DNA from: Gemmatimonadota bacterium
GTDB lineage: Bacteria > Gemmatimonadota > Gemmatimonadetes > Longimicrobiales > Gaopeijiaceae
Reading direction: 5' to 3'
Assembly: GCA_034521595.1 (NCBI GenBank)
Contig: JAXHMG010000003.1
Span: forward strand, 2,560,001 to 2,624,000
DNA: 64,000 nucleotides
Shown here: in pieces, positions 1 through 10,059 of the stretch
Layout: the number at the start of each line of letters is the position of its first letter
How positions within the stretch are numbered: position 1 is the first letter of the stretch
Program-made: the position numbers and the translations under genes
Notes under the pieces: model-generated
Told to the model about the DNA's origin: nothing
Database searches by the model: none
Seen by the model: the letters and a program-made list of their open reading frames with translations, nothing else

Positions 1-2622
1 GCTCGCATCCAGACCCAGCGCAGCCCGGGCCCAGGCGCGAGGAACGGCGGCGGCGCGAGCCGGATCCACCGTGTTCGGAATACGGTGCGGCGTGGGCTCG
101 GATCCGGTGTGCGCCGCGTAGTATTCGGCCACGACGTCGCTCACGGCCACCGTTCCGGCCAGCATCGCGAGCTTGTCCCGTTCGGCCGCCCAGGCGTCTT
201 CGTCGAACCAGGCATAGGTGTTCTGGACGGTCTCGACGATGGGTGTGCCGAACTCGGACATGACCTCCACCACCTCCCGGGACGCGAAATGCGTCGAAAC
301 GACCATCGGAGCTACGGTGCGCATCCATGCCCGCCACGTCGAGGAGCGCCCGTCCCCGACCCGGACGGACACACCGGCATCCGACAGGCGCCGAGCGACG
401 GCCCCTCCTTCGTGCGTGCACAGCACGTGGGGAGAGACCCCGAAGGCGGGCAACGTTCGGGCCAACAACGCGACGGTTTCCTCCAGACCGCCGAGGCCGA
501 GCGACCGGACGACCAGACCGACCCGAAGCGGAGCGTCAGGATGGTTCAGGCCGGACGGCCGGGGAGGAGAGAGCCTCCCCTTCGCTCCGTCGCCGCCGGT
601 CCCGGTCGTGCGACCTTCGACCTCGTCGGAGGTCGTCGGACGGAGGGCCCGCGTTTGCGAGATCGCGCGCGCCAACGCACCTCGTCGCCGCCAGCCCTCG
701 ATCCGGCGCTCGATCCGGCCCAGCGGCGCACGGAGCTCGCGCACCACCGAGCGGCGCTCGGCCAGCGCCCGCTCGGTGCTTTCCGATATCGTGTTCGCAC
801 CGTGTACCCTGTAGTCGACATCCACCATCGACGGTTCGAAGACGACCCGGTCCGGGCACAGCTCGAGCGCCCGGACCAGGAAGTCCAGATCGTGAACGTA
901 CCGGTGATCACGGAATCCCCCCAGCGCACGCCAGAGCGCGCGGTGAAGGAAGAAGTTCGAAGTGGTCACGGCCACGTTGTGTCGGAGCACCATGCGCCGC
1001 AGCGAGCGTTCGCGTCGAGCTTCGTCGAGCGCCGACCGGTACCACTCAACCCTCGGGTCCTCCTCACTCAAAGGCATCCCGGCCTCGTCGACCCAGCGTA
1101 CCCCTCCGATTACGAGGGCCGCCTCGGACGCGCGGGCAATCCCCCACGCGTGCTCCAGACGCTCCGGGTGGAACACATCGTCGGAGTTGAGGATCGCCAC
1201 GTAATCACCGTCGCTCAGGGCGATGGCACGGTTGATGGCCTCGTGCGCGCCCTGATTCTCCTGAACCACCACCCGGGTCCGGCCGTCCGCACGCTCCGCC
1301 AGCACCTCCCGCGAGCCGTCCGTGGATCCGTCGTCCACGACGACCAGGTCGTCCGAGGGTAGCGTTTGCGCCCGTACGCTATCGACGGCGTCGCCGATGA
1401 ACGCTTCGTGGTTGTAGGAGGGGATCACCGTGGAGATCACGGCACGCGAACGAGGCCATCCGGTCCGACGTCCGCCCAGGGTGATCGCCGGCGAGCCCGG
1501 CCCCCCGGCCACCTTCTCGGCACGCGCGGCTCCAGCCAATCCCCCGAGCTCCTGGACCCGCCGTGTCCAGGAGTTGGCACGGGCGAAGGCATGCATGCGG
1601 CGACGGTCGTCCTCGTCGATCCGGGCTCGTTCGTACGCCCCCACCGCGCGCACGAACGCGGCATCGTCGTCGACCATGCGCACACCCGGGATCCCCTTCA
1701 AGGGATCCAGGCGCGGCGCGACGACCGGTAGGCCCATCGCGACGAACTCGTATACCTTCAACGGGCTCGTCGCCTGCGTGACGTCGTCCCGTCTCCACGG
1801 GAGAAAAGCCACGTCCGCATGAGCAAGGTACGCGGGCAGGACCACCTGAGGCTTCAAGCCCAGGAACGAGCAGTTCGAAGGCAGCCCATCTCCCTCGTTG
1901 CGGTGGTCCCCGATGAATACGAAGCGCGTGTCGGGCAGCCCTTCCGCCGTGAGCCGCGCCAGATCCCAGTCGAACCAGCCTCCCCAGAGCGCCCCGACGT
2001 ACAGGGCGATGCGTCCCTCCGGAAGATCCACGGGACGCTCGTAGCGCGCCGAGGGATCGAACACACGGCTGTTGAACGCATTCGGAACCAGGTGCACCTC
2101 CCGCTCCGCCATGCGCTCCAGCCGACGCACCAGCTCGGGAGCCGACGCTACGACCACGTCGGCCTCGGCCGCGCACCGCCTCTCGACCTCCCTCCTGTAC
2201 CACCCCTTCCCGAGCTCGGAGTCCCACCGGTCGACACAGTCGTAGATGGTCACCGCGCCGGCCTCGGAGGCTCGCTCCAACACGGGCATCCAGGCCCGAA
2301 CCGGCACCTGCGTCACGACCGACGACACTCCCTTCTCCCAGAGCTTGGCACGCGCCTCCGCGCCGGAAGGCGCGGTGAACGACTTGAGGGAGGTCTCCAC
2401 CAATCGTGGGCGGGTGAACCGCAACCCCAGATCCACCGTCTCCGTCACCTGTCCATGGCTCACGAACACCACACAATAGCCCTCCTCCAGCAGCTCGAGG
2501 GCGATCTGCGCGCTCCGCTGCCCGCCCCCGGTATCGTGCATGGGGTTGGCCGAGAGGATCAACACGGTTCCGGGCGCACCCGCCGTCGCTGTCGCGATCC
2601 GATCCCTGAGGCTATTCCTCAT
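1..2622 (-). CDS. Fused glycosyltransferase: N-terminal GT-B (GT4-like) plus GT2 (GT-A) domain; 3' end runs off the window
   Basis: Manual translation from ATG 2622 ([10 protein letters not shown]...) gives GT4-like 'VVVASAPEL...LVPNA...[16 protein letters not shown]', then in the same frame at ~1440 '[26 protein letters not shown]...[11 protein letters not shown]...ILNSDD'. Absent from the ORF track, consistent with no stop inside the window. Confidence 0.85.
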   Translation of the reverse strand, partial: MRNSLRDRIATATAGAPGTVLILSANPMHDTGGGQRSAQIALELLEEGYCVVFVSHGQVTETVDLGLRFTRPRLVETSLKSFTAPSGAEARAKLWEKGVSSVVTQVPVRAWMPVLERASEAGAVTIYDCVDRWDSELGKGWYRREVERRCAAEADVVVASAPELVRRLERMAEREVHLVPNAFNSRVFDPSARYERPVDLPEGRIALYVGALWGGWFDWDLARLTAEGLPDTRFVFIGDHRNEGDGLPSNCSFLGLKPQVVLPAYLAHADVAFLPWRRDDVTQATSPLKVYEFVAMGLPVVAPRLDPLKGIPGVRMVDDDAAFVRAVGAYERARIDEDDRRRMHAFARANSWTRRVQELGGLAGAARAEKVAGGPGSPAITLGGRRTGWPRSRAVISTVIPSYNHEAFIGDAVDSVRAQTLPSDDLVVVDDGSTDGSREVLAERADGRTRVVVQENQGAHEAINRAIALSDGDYVAILNSDDVFHPERLEHAWGIARASEAALVIGGVRWVDEAGMPLSEEDPRVEWYRSALDEARRERSLRRMVLRHNVAVTTSNFFLHRALWRALGGFRDHRYVHDLDFLVRALELCPDRVVFEPSMVDVDYRVHGANTISESTERALAERRSVVRELRAPLGRIERRIEGWRRRGALARAISQTRALRPTTSDEVEGRTTGTGGDGAKGRLSPPRPSGLNHPDAPLRVGLVVRSLGLGGLEETVALLARTLPAFGVSPHVLCTHEGGAVARRLSDAGVSVRVGDGRSSTWRAWMRTVAPMVVSTHFASREVVEVMSEFGTPIVETVQNTYAWFDEDAWAAERDKLAMLAGTVAVSDVVAEYYAAHTGSEPTPHRIPNTVDPARAAAVPRAWARAALGLDAS

Positions 2623-2897
2623 CGGGCGCGGATCCATTCCGCCGAGAGAGAGCAGGACGTGAGGCAGGTACCAAGCATTCCGATCCGGGAAGGTGGGCAG
2701 GAGCTCCAGAGCCTCGGGCGACACGGGACGGCGGGCTCGGGAGCGGCCACAAACATGGCCGCACGTGCCTCCGCCTTCCAGGGCCGGCCGATCGGCCCCG
2801 CGCCACGACGTTGGCGGGAGAGCGACGGGGCTACCCTCGTCGCCCGGGCAAGGCCAAGCTAGGGGACGTTTCACCCTCCTCTCCACCCCTTGCGTCC

Positions 2898-4133
2898 ATG
2901 AACATCCTCGTACTCAACGCTGGCTCTTCCACGCTCAAGTTCGAGCTCGTACGGACCGACACCGAGCACATGCGCACGGATACGGACCGCAAGCTCGCGC
3001 TCGGCACGATAGAGCGGATCGGCGGAGAAGCCGTGCTCCACCTCACCGATGGGGAAGGGGTCAGGACGGTCGACACCGCGACGCTGACGGACCTCCGAGC
3101 AGCGGTCGACTGGATCCTGCGCTGGCTCGCCTCCGATCGCTCGCGCATCGACGTGTCGGCCGTATCGGACATCGGAGCGGTAGGACACCGCGTCGTACAC
3201 GGGGGTGAGATCTTCCGCTCATCCGTGCTCGTCGACGACGGAGTGCTCGAGCGCCTCCAGGACTTGATCCCGGTCGCACCGCTCCACAATCCGTACAACA
3301 TCCAGGGAATCCGAGCCGTGAGAGAGGTGCTGGGCTCCGGCATTCCCCAGGTGGCGGTCTTCGACACGGCGTTTCACGCCTCGATCCCCGAGCACGCCTA
3401 CCTCTACGCCATACCCTATTCGCTGTATCGCCGCCACAAGCTCCGGCGGTACGGCTTCCACGGCACGTCGCATCGTTACGTGGCCTGGCGCTACCGCAAG
3501 CTCACCGGCCTTCCGAAGGAGTCCGTCCGCATCGTCACGCTGCACCTCGGAAACGGCGCCTCCGCATGCGCGATCGATGCCGGTGCGTCGGTGGACACGT
3601 CCATGGGATACACCCCGTTGGAGGGGCTGGTGATGGGCACGCGCTCCGGGGACATCGACCCCGCGCTCCTCGATGTCATCGCCGCGAAGGAGGGGATGAG
3701 CTCCCGGGAGGTCGAGGGCTTGCTCAACGGGCAATCCGGGCTCTTGGGGATCTCGGGGCTCACGCACGACATGCGGGATCTGCTCCGGGAAATCGACGAG
3801 CACGACGACCGCAGGGCACGGCTCGCGATCGAGGTCTTCTGTTATCGTGCGCGCAAATACGTGGGCGCCTACCTCGCCGCGCTCGGAGGTGCGGACGCGG
3901 TGGTCTTCACCGGCGGAATCGGCGCCCGCGCGCCCGTGGTCCGAAGGAAGATCCTCGAAGGATTCGAGTGGGCCGGCCTCGAGCTCGATGAAGAAGCGAA
4001 CACCCGTACGAAGGGCGACCGAACCGGGCTCGTCAGCACGCCCGACAGCCGCCTGGCGGCATGGGTCATCCCCACGGACGAGGAGCTCCTGATCGCACGC
4101 GACACGTGTCGACTCGTCACGGGCACCGCCTAG
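2898..4133 (+). CDS. ackA: Acetate kinase
   Basis: [79 protein letters not shown] motifs. Confidence 0.97.
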   Translation: MNILVLNAGSSTLKFELVRTDTEHMRTDTDRKLALGTIERIGGEAVLHLTDGEGVRTVDTATLTDLRAAVDWILRWLASDRSRIDVSAVSDIGAVGHRVVHGGEIFRSSVLVDDGVLERLQDLIPVAPLHNPYNIQGIRAVREVLGSGIPQVAVFDTAFHASIPEHAYLYAIPYSLYRRHKLRRYGFHGTSHRYVAWRYRKLTGLPKESVRIVTLHLGNGASACAIDAGASVDTSMGYTPLEGLVMGTRSGDIDPALLDVIAAKEGMSSREVEGLLNGQSGLLGISGLTHDMRDLLREIDEHDDRRARLAIEVFCYRARKYVGAYLAALGGADAVVFTGGIGARAPVVRRKILEGFEWAGLELDEEANTRTKGDRTGLVSTPDSRLAAWVIPTDEELLIARDTCRLVTGTA

Positions 4134-4301
4134 CAGCCGCGAACGGCCGCGACGCCTCTTCGGGCACGCACCGCAAAGGGATCGGAACGCCGGCCCCCTC
4201 GGTCGATCCCCGTCGTGCGCGGCGGGGATTGCGCGTGGGCACGGCGGCGCGTAACCCTCGGAAGCTCAGATGCCCGCGACTCAGGACGAGAAGGAGCGTA
4301 C

Positions 4302-5975
4302 ATGACCGGAGCCGAAGCGATCGTGGCCGTTCTGGAGGACGCGGGGGTCGAGGTCGTATTCGGTCTCTGTGGCGACACCTCGCTCCCTTTCTACGACGCC
4401 CTCGCCCGAAGCGACGTCATCGAGCACGTGCTCACCCGCGACGAGCGTAGCGCGTCGTACATGGCGGATGCATATGCCCGGCTGAGTGGACGTGTAGGGA
4501 TCTGCGAGGGACCCAGTGGAGGCGGAGCGACCTACATCGTTCCGGGCGTCGCCGAAGCCAACGGTTCGTCCGTGCCCGTGGTGTGCCTCACGTCCGATGT
4601 CGGCGTCGAGGACCGTGGCAAGGGGACTTTGACCGAGATGGACCAGCGAGCGCTCTTCGCGTCTCTCACGCGAGCCGCGTTCGATCCCGGCAGCGCGGAC
4701 CGCATGGCCGAGGACGTTCGGGACGCGTTCACGGTTGCGACCGGCGGAAGCCTCGGAGCTTGTCACGTCAGCCTTCCACTCGATCTCCAAAGCGCCTCCG
4801 CCGGAACCCGACCGGTCGCGACGAGCGACCGCTACCCCCGGGAGCGGCCCGAGCCCGACCCCGAGGCGATCACCCAGGCCGCGAAGGTCCTTTGTGAATC
4901 CCGCCGGCCGGTGATCGTCGCGGGCGCCGGTGTGCTCCGTTCGGGCGCGTGGGATTCGATCACCCGGCTCGCGGAGACACTCGGAGCGGCCGTCGCCACA
5001 TCGATCTGTGGTAAGGGCGCCATCCCGGAGACGCACCCGCTCTCTCTGGGCGTGATCGGAAGCAACGGCGGACTCTCCTGGCGGCACGACCTCGTGCGGG
5101 ACGCGGACGTGGTCTTCTACGTCGGTGGAGGCACCGGCTCGGTCACGACCGAAAAGTGGTCACTGCCCCCTGCAGGATCGGCTACCGTCCTCCAGCTCGA
5201 CACGGATCACGACCGCCTCGGCCGCAACCACGACCTGGCGGCGGGGCTGCTCGGAGACGCTCGGGTCGGGCTCGACTCGTTGATCGAGGCCGTGAACCGG
5301 GAAGGCGGCGGCGGAGCGGGAAGCCGCTTCGATCCCGAAGCCATCCGAGCCGGCAAGGCCCGCCACCGGGGGCGGACCGAAGAGCTCTTCGCATCCCCGG
5401 AAGTCCCGATCCGCCCCGAACGCCTCATGAGCGAGCTGTTCGATGCGTTGCCCCCACGGTCGGTCGTGCTCGCAGACCCCGGCACGCCGTGTCCCTACGT
5501 GTCGGCCTACTGGGAGCTTCCGGAAGCCGGACGTTGGTTCGTAAGCCCCCGTGCGTTCGGAGCGCTGGGCTATGCTTTACCGGCCGTGGTCGGTGCATGG
5601 TACGCGCGGCCGGATGCCGGGCAGATCGTGGGCGTCATGGGTGACGGCTCGTTCGGAATCTCGGTGGGGGAGCTCGAGACGCTGGTCCGCCTCCAGGTTC
5701 CCGCGGTGCTGATCGTATGTAACAACGCAGGGTACGGTTGGATCAAGGCGGGACAGAAGTCCCGGGGTGACCGCTACCATGCGGTCGACTTCGGTCGATC
5801 CGACCATGCCGCCATCGCACGCGCCTATGGAATGGAAGCCGTCCGGGTGGAAGACCCGGCGGAGCTGGAGGGCGCGCTGCGTGCGGCCATCGGGCACGCG
5901 GGCCCCTGCTTGGTCGATGTCGTGACACAGCCGCTCGAAGAGGCTCGGGCGCCCGTGTCCAAGTGGATCGCATGA
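4302..5975 (+). CDS. Thiamine-pyrophosphate-dependent enzyme (acetolactate synthase large subunit-like family)
   Basis: MTGAEAIV...VFGLCG, RDERSASYMADAYAR, GDGSF...CNNAGYG TPP motif; AAGGAG RBS upstream. Confidence 0.9.
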   Translation: MTGAEAIVAVLEDAGVEVVFGLCGDTSLPFYDALARSDVIEHVLTRDERSASYMADAYARLSGRVGICEGPSGGGATYIVPGVAEANGSSVPVVCLTSDVGVEDRGKGTLTEMDQRALFASLTRAAFDPGSADRMAEDVRDAFTVATGGSLGACHVSLPLDLQSASAGTRPVATSDRYPRERPEPDPEAITQAAKVLCESRRPVIVAGAGVLRSGAWDSITRLAETLGAAVATSICGKGAIPETHPLSLGVIGSNGGLSWRHDLVRDADVVFYVGGGTGSVTTEKWSLPPAGSATVLQLDTDHDRLGRNHDLAAGLLGDARVGLDSLIEAVNREGGGGAGSRFDPEAIRAGKARHRGRTEELFASPEVPIRPERLMSELFDALPPRSVVLADPGTPCPYVSAYWELPEAGRWFVSPRAFGALGYALPAVVGAWYARPDAGQIVGVMGDGSFGISVGELETLVRLQVPAVLIVCNNAGYGWIKAGQKSRGDRYHAVDFGRSDHAAIARAYGMEAVRVEDPAELEGALRAAIGHAGPCLVDVVTQPLEEARAPVSKWIA

Positions 5976-6091
5976 AGCGCGACGAGCCGAGGGCGGGCCA
6001 CCGATGGATCCTAGGGCGAGGATCGGGCCTATAAGGGTATCGGGACGCGTCACCACTCGCCGGCGCGGCACGAACAACGCAGAACGAGGTC

Positions 6092-6508
6092 ATGACCATG
6101 CGAGCTCTTGCACCGGCCACCCTGTTTCGGAGCTCTCTCGTCCTGGTCTCACTGCTCGGCGTCGGCGCTTGCGGGCTCACGACGAGCTCGCACAACCCTT
6201 TCGACGGCAGCCTCGAGCAGGAGCAGGAAGACCGGCTGCGGATCCAGATCCAGAACATGAACTTCAACGACGTCACCATCTACGCCGTGTCGGCAGGCCA
6301 GCGGGAACGGCTCGGCAACGTGACCGGGAAGACGGATCGGAACTTCCGGCTGCGGTGGAATTACGCCAACCCGATCTCGTTCGAGATCGACGTCGTCGGC
6401 GGGTCCGGGTGTGACACGAATCCGCTCGCCGTCGAACCGGGTGCTCGGGTCTGGGTCCAGATTCCCAACCAAGTGAGGTCTTCGGGATGCCGCTCCGGAC
6501 GAGCCTGA
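6092..6508 (+). CDS. Hypothetical lipoprotein, paralog of the next gene
   Basis: Signal peptide with lipobox VGAC; shares N-x-N-F, AVS, RLG-x-x-x-GK-x-D, EID, V-x-PG, QI, GCR with 6487-7146; GAGG RBS. Confidence 0.8.
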   Translation: MTMRALAPATLFRSSLVLVSLLGVGACGLTTSSHNPFDGSLEQEQEDRLRIQIQNMNFNDVTIYAVSAGQRERLGNVTGKTDRNFRLRWNYANPISFEIDVVGGSGCDTNPLAVEPGARVWVQIPNQVRSSGCRSGRA

Positions 6509-7146
6509 CCGCGCTAGCAGCCCGTGGTAGAAGTCTGGTGGCCCGCGTTGGGAGCGCCACGGCCCGTGCTCCTATGGCGGAGCCCCGAAGGCATAGCCGT
6601 AGCTACGTCGAGGGGCTCCAACGACGGAGCGGGGGCCGTGCCGCCCCAACCCGGAGGGCACGAGGGGATTGCGGCCGCATGCGGCGTTGGCTCCTTTCGC
6701 CGATGCTGCAGCATCGCCTTCAAGAAGCCGCCTTGCCTGCGACACGCAAGACCCTCGTGCGCGGACCACCAAACTTCTACCACGGGCTGCTAGCATTCGC
6801 CCTCCTGGCGAGCGGGTGCGCCGGAGGCGGCATGTCGACTTCGGACGGCCCCTTCGCGGCCGCGAGCGACGGTCCCCGGACGGTGAGCATCCACGTGCGG
6901 AACCTCAACTTCAGCGAGGCGCGCCTCTGGGCCGTGAGCCGTGGCGGGCGTCAGCGATTGGGTGTGATCGACGGAAAAGCCGACGCGGTGTACCGCATCA
7001 CCTGGACCGTGTCCCAACCGATGCAGATCGAGATCGACCTGCTCGCCGGCCCCCGCTGCATGACGGAGCCGATGCAGGTGGATCCCGGCGACGATCTCGA
7101 GCTCCAGATCCAGATGGACTTCTCCCGTCAGCCGGGATGTCGCTGA
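6487..7146 (+). CDS. Hypothetical lipoprotein carrying an in-frame 92-codon palindromic-element insertion in its signal peptide
   Basis: Removing 6514-6789 gives MPLRTSLTALAFALLASGC-AGGG..., a canonical lipoprotein signal; the mature part is homologous to the upstream gene. Confidence 0.8.
   Translation: MPLRTSLTALAARGRSLVARVGSATARAPMAEPRRHSRSYVEGLQRRSGGRAAPTRRARGDCGRMRRWLLSPMLQHRLQEAALPATRKTLVRGPPNFYHGLLAFALLASGCAGGGMSTSDGPFAAASDGPRTVSIHVRNLNFSEARLWAVSRGGRQRLGVIDGKADAVYRITWTVSQPMQIEIDLLAGPRCMTEPMQVDPGDDLELQIQMDFSRQPGCR
6514..6793. mobile_element. MITE-like palindromic element, copy 1 (30-bp TIRs, flanked by CTAG/CTAG)
   Basis: Left CAGCCCGTGGTAGAAGTCTGGTGGCCCGCG vs reverse complement of right end CAGCCCGTGGTAGAAGTTTGGTGGTCCGCG (28/30); CTAG at 6514-6517 and 6790-6793; homologous copy at 19041-19317; no transposase. 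Confidence 0.92.
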
Positions 7147-7177
7147 CCCGGACGCCCGGGCCGCGACCGCCGGCCCG

Positions 7178-8353
7178 TCAGTACAGAAGGAAGGGCTCCA
7201 CAGCGCGTGTGAACTCGTCCAGCTCGTCACTCACCCCGGCCATCAACGCCCGCGCATCGGCGCCCGAATCGATTCCCGTCCGCAAGCCGTCATGCCCCCA
7301 CAGGAGATCGATCGGCATCGTCTCCTGCTCGTACTCGTAGGGGGGCGGGCGCCAAGCGAGCATGCTCGGGGCGAGCGCTCGGACGGCCGCCAGGATCTCC
7401 ACGGCGGCGCGCACCGGCTCGAAGCGCTGGGGATCGTCCACGTGGAGCTGCGCCCCCCCGCAAAGACGGCCCGCATGCTTCTGGAAGGTGGGCTCGAAGT
7501 GACATGGGCGGAGGGTCACGCCGTCGCCGAGCCGGGAAGCGAGCCGTGAGACCAGGGCGCGAGGGTCGACGAACGGGGCCCCGAACAGCTCGAAAGGCCG
7601 GGTCGTGCCGCGGCCTTCGGAGAGATTCGTTCCCTCGAGAAGGACCATCCCGGGGTACACCTCACAAGACTCCGGCGTCGGGAGATTCGGGCTCGGCATC
7701 ACCCAGGGAAGGCCCGTGTCCGCCCACCTCATGTCTCGGCGCCAGCCGGTGCAGGGCACGACCTCCAGCCGACATCCGATCGCCCGCTCCTCGTTCAGCC
7801 AGCGCGCGAGCTCCCCGGCCGTGAGGCCGTGCCGGAGCGGCACCGGATGCAGACCCACGAACGACTCGAATCCCGGCTTCAACAGCGGACCTTCCCGCTG
7901 CACGCCCCCGATCGGGTTCGGGCGGTCGAGCACTACGAAACGAACGCCGGCTTCGGCGCAGGCTTCCATCGCCAGCGCCATCGTCCACACGAACGTGTAG
8001 ACCCGAACTCCCACGTCCTGCAGATCGAACACGACCGCATCGAGGCCGTCGAGCATCTCCCGGGTCGGCTTGCGCACCGCGCCGTACAAGGAATGTACCG
8101 GCAGCCCGGTGACGGGATCGTGGTAGCCCGCGGACTCCACCATGTTGTCCTGCTTCTCCCCGCGGGCTCCGTGTTGAGGACCGAACAGGGCCCGGACATT
8201 GAAGCCCGCGTCCACGAGCGCGTCGGCCGTGTGCACCAAATCCGGGGTCACCGAGGCCGGATGCACGATCAACCCCGTGCGCTCCATCCTCAGGTCCCCG
8301 TGCGCTCCGGCCAACACGCGCGAAAGCCCGGGTCGTACGGTCACGGCTCCCAT
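7178..8353 (-). CDS. DUF1343 / NamZ-family exo-beta-N-acetylmuramidase
   Basis: LFGPQHG, VHSLYG, FDLQDVGVRVYTF, VLDRPNPIGG, PSPNLPT, NLSEGRGTTRPFE motifs. Confidence 0.92.
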   Translation of the reverse strand: MGAVTVRPGLSRVLAGAHGDLRMERTGLIVHPASVTPDLVHTADALVDAGFNVRALFGPQHGARGEKQDNMVESAGYHDPVTGLPVHSLYGAVRKPTREMLDGLDAVVFDLQDVGVRVYTFVWTMALAMEACAEAGVRFVVLDRPNPIGGVQREGPLLKPGFESFVGLHPVPLRHGLTAGELARWLNEERAIGCRLEVVPCTGWRRDMRWADTGLPWVMPSPNLPTPESCEVYPGMVLLEGTNLSEGRGTTRPFELFGAPFVDPRALVSRLASRLGDGVTLRPCHFEPTFQKHAGRLCGGAQLHVDDPQRFEPVRAAVEILAAVRALAPSMLAWRPPPYEYEQETMPIDLLWGHDGLRTGIDSGADARALMAGVSDELDEFTRAVEPFLLY

Positions 8354-10059
8354 TCGATATCGTGCCGGTGCGCTCCCGAGAGCTCCGGAATACGCAGTGT
8401 ATCCGCCTCGGACTCGTCGCCGTCACGGCGGAGCGACACCGAAAGCAGTCGGCCCTCGGGCACGCCACACAGCCGGTAGAAGCCGTCCGAATCCGTCTCC
8501 GTCGCCATCCCTTCGACGTTCGAGCCGGTGATGCGCCTCTCACCGCTACCTCGAGGCGTCATCCGGAAGTCCTCCCAACGCACCTCGACCGACACACCGG
8601 CCCGTGGCCGGCGCCCCTCCTGTCCGGTGACGCGACCGGCCAGGACCGCGGTCCCTTCCGGTGGAGCTTCCGCCCGACACGCTTCGAACAAAAGGTCCGA
8701 AAGCGGTGGCATCCTGAAGAAGACCGACGTGACCTCACCGCTCCGCACCTCACGCTCGATCGGATCCGGCTGCACCCCGAACGCTTCGAAACGGGTATCC
8801 ACGAAGCGGATCCGATAGGTCCCGTCGCTCAGCCCGGTGATGCGGAAGCGCCCTTCTTCGTCCGTGAACACCTGCTGGTTGGAACCCACCACGCCCACGC
8901 GCACGCCGCGGAGCGGAAGCACCCCCAAGCTGTCCTGCACGAATCCTTCAATGGTACCGGATTCTCCTCGGAGGAACGCGTCGCCTCCGCTGTTTCGCAC
9001 CTCGGCCACCCGCCCCCCGGCCTGTCGGTAGCCGTCGATCCGGGTTCGGAGGCGGCCTTGCAGTCCTCGCTCCTGAACCAGCACCGGCATCCGAATCCAC
9101 CATTCGGGCACGATCCACGTTCCGTCGGGCATGCTGCGGAACTCGACGCGCCCCCCGATCAGGTCCGTGGCGAGCCCCGGCAGCACGTTCACGTACCGGT
9201 ACTCGAGCCAGCGGAGCTCCGCCGTCTCCGGATCCAACCAGAGCGTTCCGGCGATATCGGCGATCCGATTGCTCCGGTCCGACGCCGGCTCGAACGCAAC
9301 GCCCACGAGGCCCTCGGTCCCTTCGCTTCCCTCCTCGAGACGCAGGCAGTGTGAATCGAGGAACACGTCCGAAAGGAGCACCCTCGCGTCGGGCGCGTAG
9401 TACCGCATCGAGCCGTCGTCATCCTCCTGCACGAACCCGCCCTCCACGAGGTCTTCGGCGGGCAGGCTCTCGAACGGCACGCGCATGAAGCCCTCTCGCT
9501 CGCTGCCCGTCTCACGCTGAACCACGCGAGCGTCACGGTCCAGATCTCTCTGCCAGGTCTCGATCCTGTATCGGTAGAGGTCGGAACGGTCCGTATACGA
9601 CGCAGCTTCCAGCGCCTTTCGAGCTTCGTCCCACACCCGGGCGATCGTCAGCCCCTCCTCCGGTCGGATTCGGCACCGCTCCCCCGCGCTCACCTCGATT
9701 CCTTCGAGCGCGATCGCGCTCGAAGGAAGACGCACCTCGACCTGCTCGGGTGTTCCCGACTCGACGTCGAAGCGCTCGCTCGTGGTCGTCTCGCGGCCGA
9801 TCATCTCCACCCGAATCCGGTAGGCTCCGGGCTCCACGTCCAGGAACATCGCCCGCCCGATATCGTCGGTGAGGGTGGTCTCGACCGTCACACCCCCGTC
9901 GTCGAGCAAATAGCTCAATGCGCCGGAGACGGGCGCGTCCGTCTCTGCATCGAGCACCCGAGCCAACACCGTTTGAGCCGCCGCCGCGGCCGGGTTCAGG
10001 ACGAGAGCCGACACCAAGAGCAGCGCGAACGCGCAACCCCGCTTCGGCATCGACTTCAC
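8341..10059 (-). CDS. Secreted protein with carboxypeptidase-regulatory-like (transthyretin-like) repeats
   Basis: Signal peptide (PAAAAAQ), repeated 'TDxxGRFRITGLxxGTYRI'-type modules; GTG start overlapping upstream stop (ATG 10050 is an alternative). Confidence 0.75.
   Translation of the reverse strand: MKSMPKRGCAFALLLVSALVLNPAAAAAQTVLARVLDAETDAPVSGALSYLLDDGGVTVETTLTDDIGRAMFLDVEPGAYRIRVEMIGRETTTSERFDVESGTPEQVEVRLPSSAIALEGIEVSAGERCRIRPEEGLTIARVWDEARKALEAASYTDRSDLYRYRIETWQRDLDRDARVVQRETGSEREGFMRVPFESLPAEDLVEGGFVQEDDDGSMRYYAPDARVLLSDVFLDSHCLRLEEGSEGTEGLVGVAFEPASDRSNRIADIAGTLWLDPETAELRWLEYRYVNVLPGLATDLIGGRVEFRSMPDGTWIVPEWWIRMPVLVQERGLQGRLRTRIDGYRQAGGRVAEVRNSGGDAFLRGESGTIEGFVQDSLGVLPLRGVRVGVVGSNQQVFTDEEGRFRITGLSDGTYRIRFVDTRFEAFGVQPDPIEREVRSGEVTSVFFRMPPLSDLLFEACRAEAPPEGTAVLAGRVTGQEGRRPRAGVSVEVRWEDFRMTPRGSGERRITGSNVEGMATETDSDGFYRLCGVPEGRLLSVSLRRDGDESEADTLRIPELSGAHRHDIEWEP

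Noticed and set aside
1379-2476. 365-aa minus-strand ORF in the track
   Set aside because: Wrong frame; the real glycosyltransferase is in the frame starting at 2622.
6524-6793. 89-aa ORFs on both strands of the element as stand-alone genes or a transposase
   Set aside because: They start and stop within the TIR/CTAG by symmetry, have no transposase motifs and no RBS.
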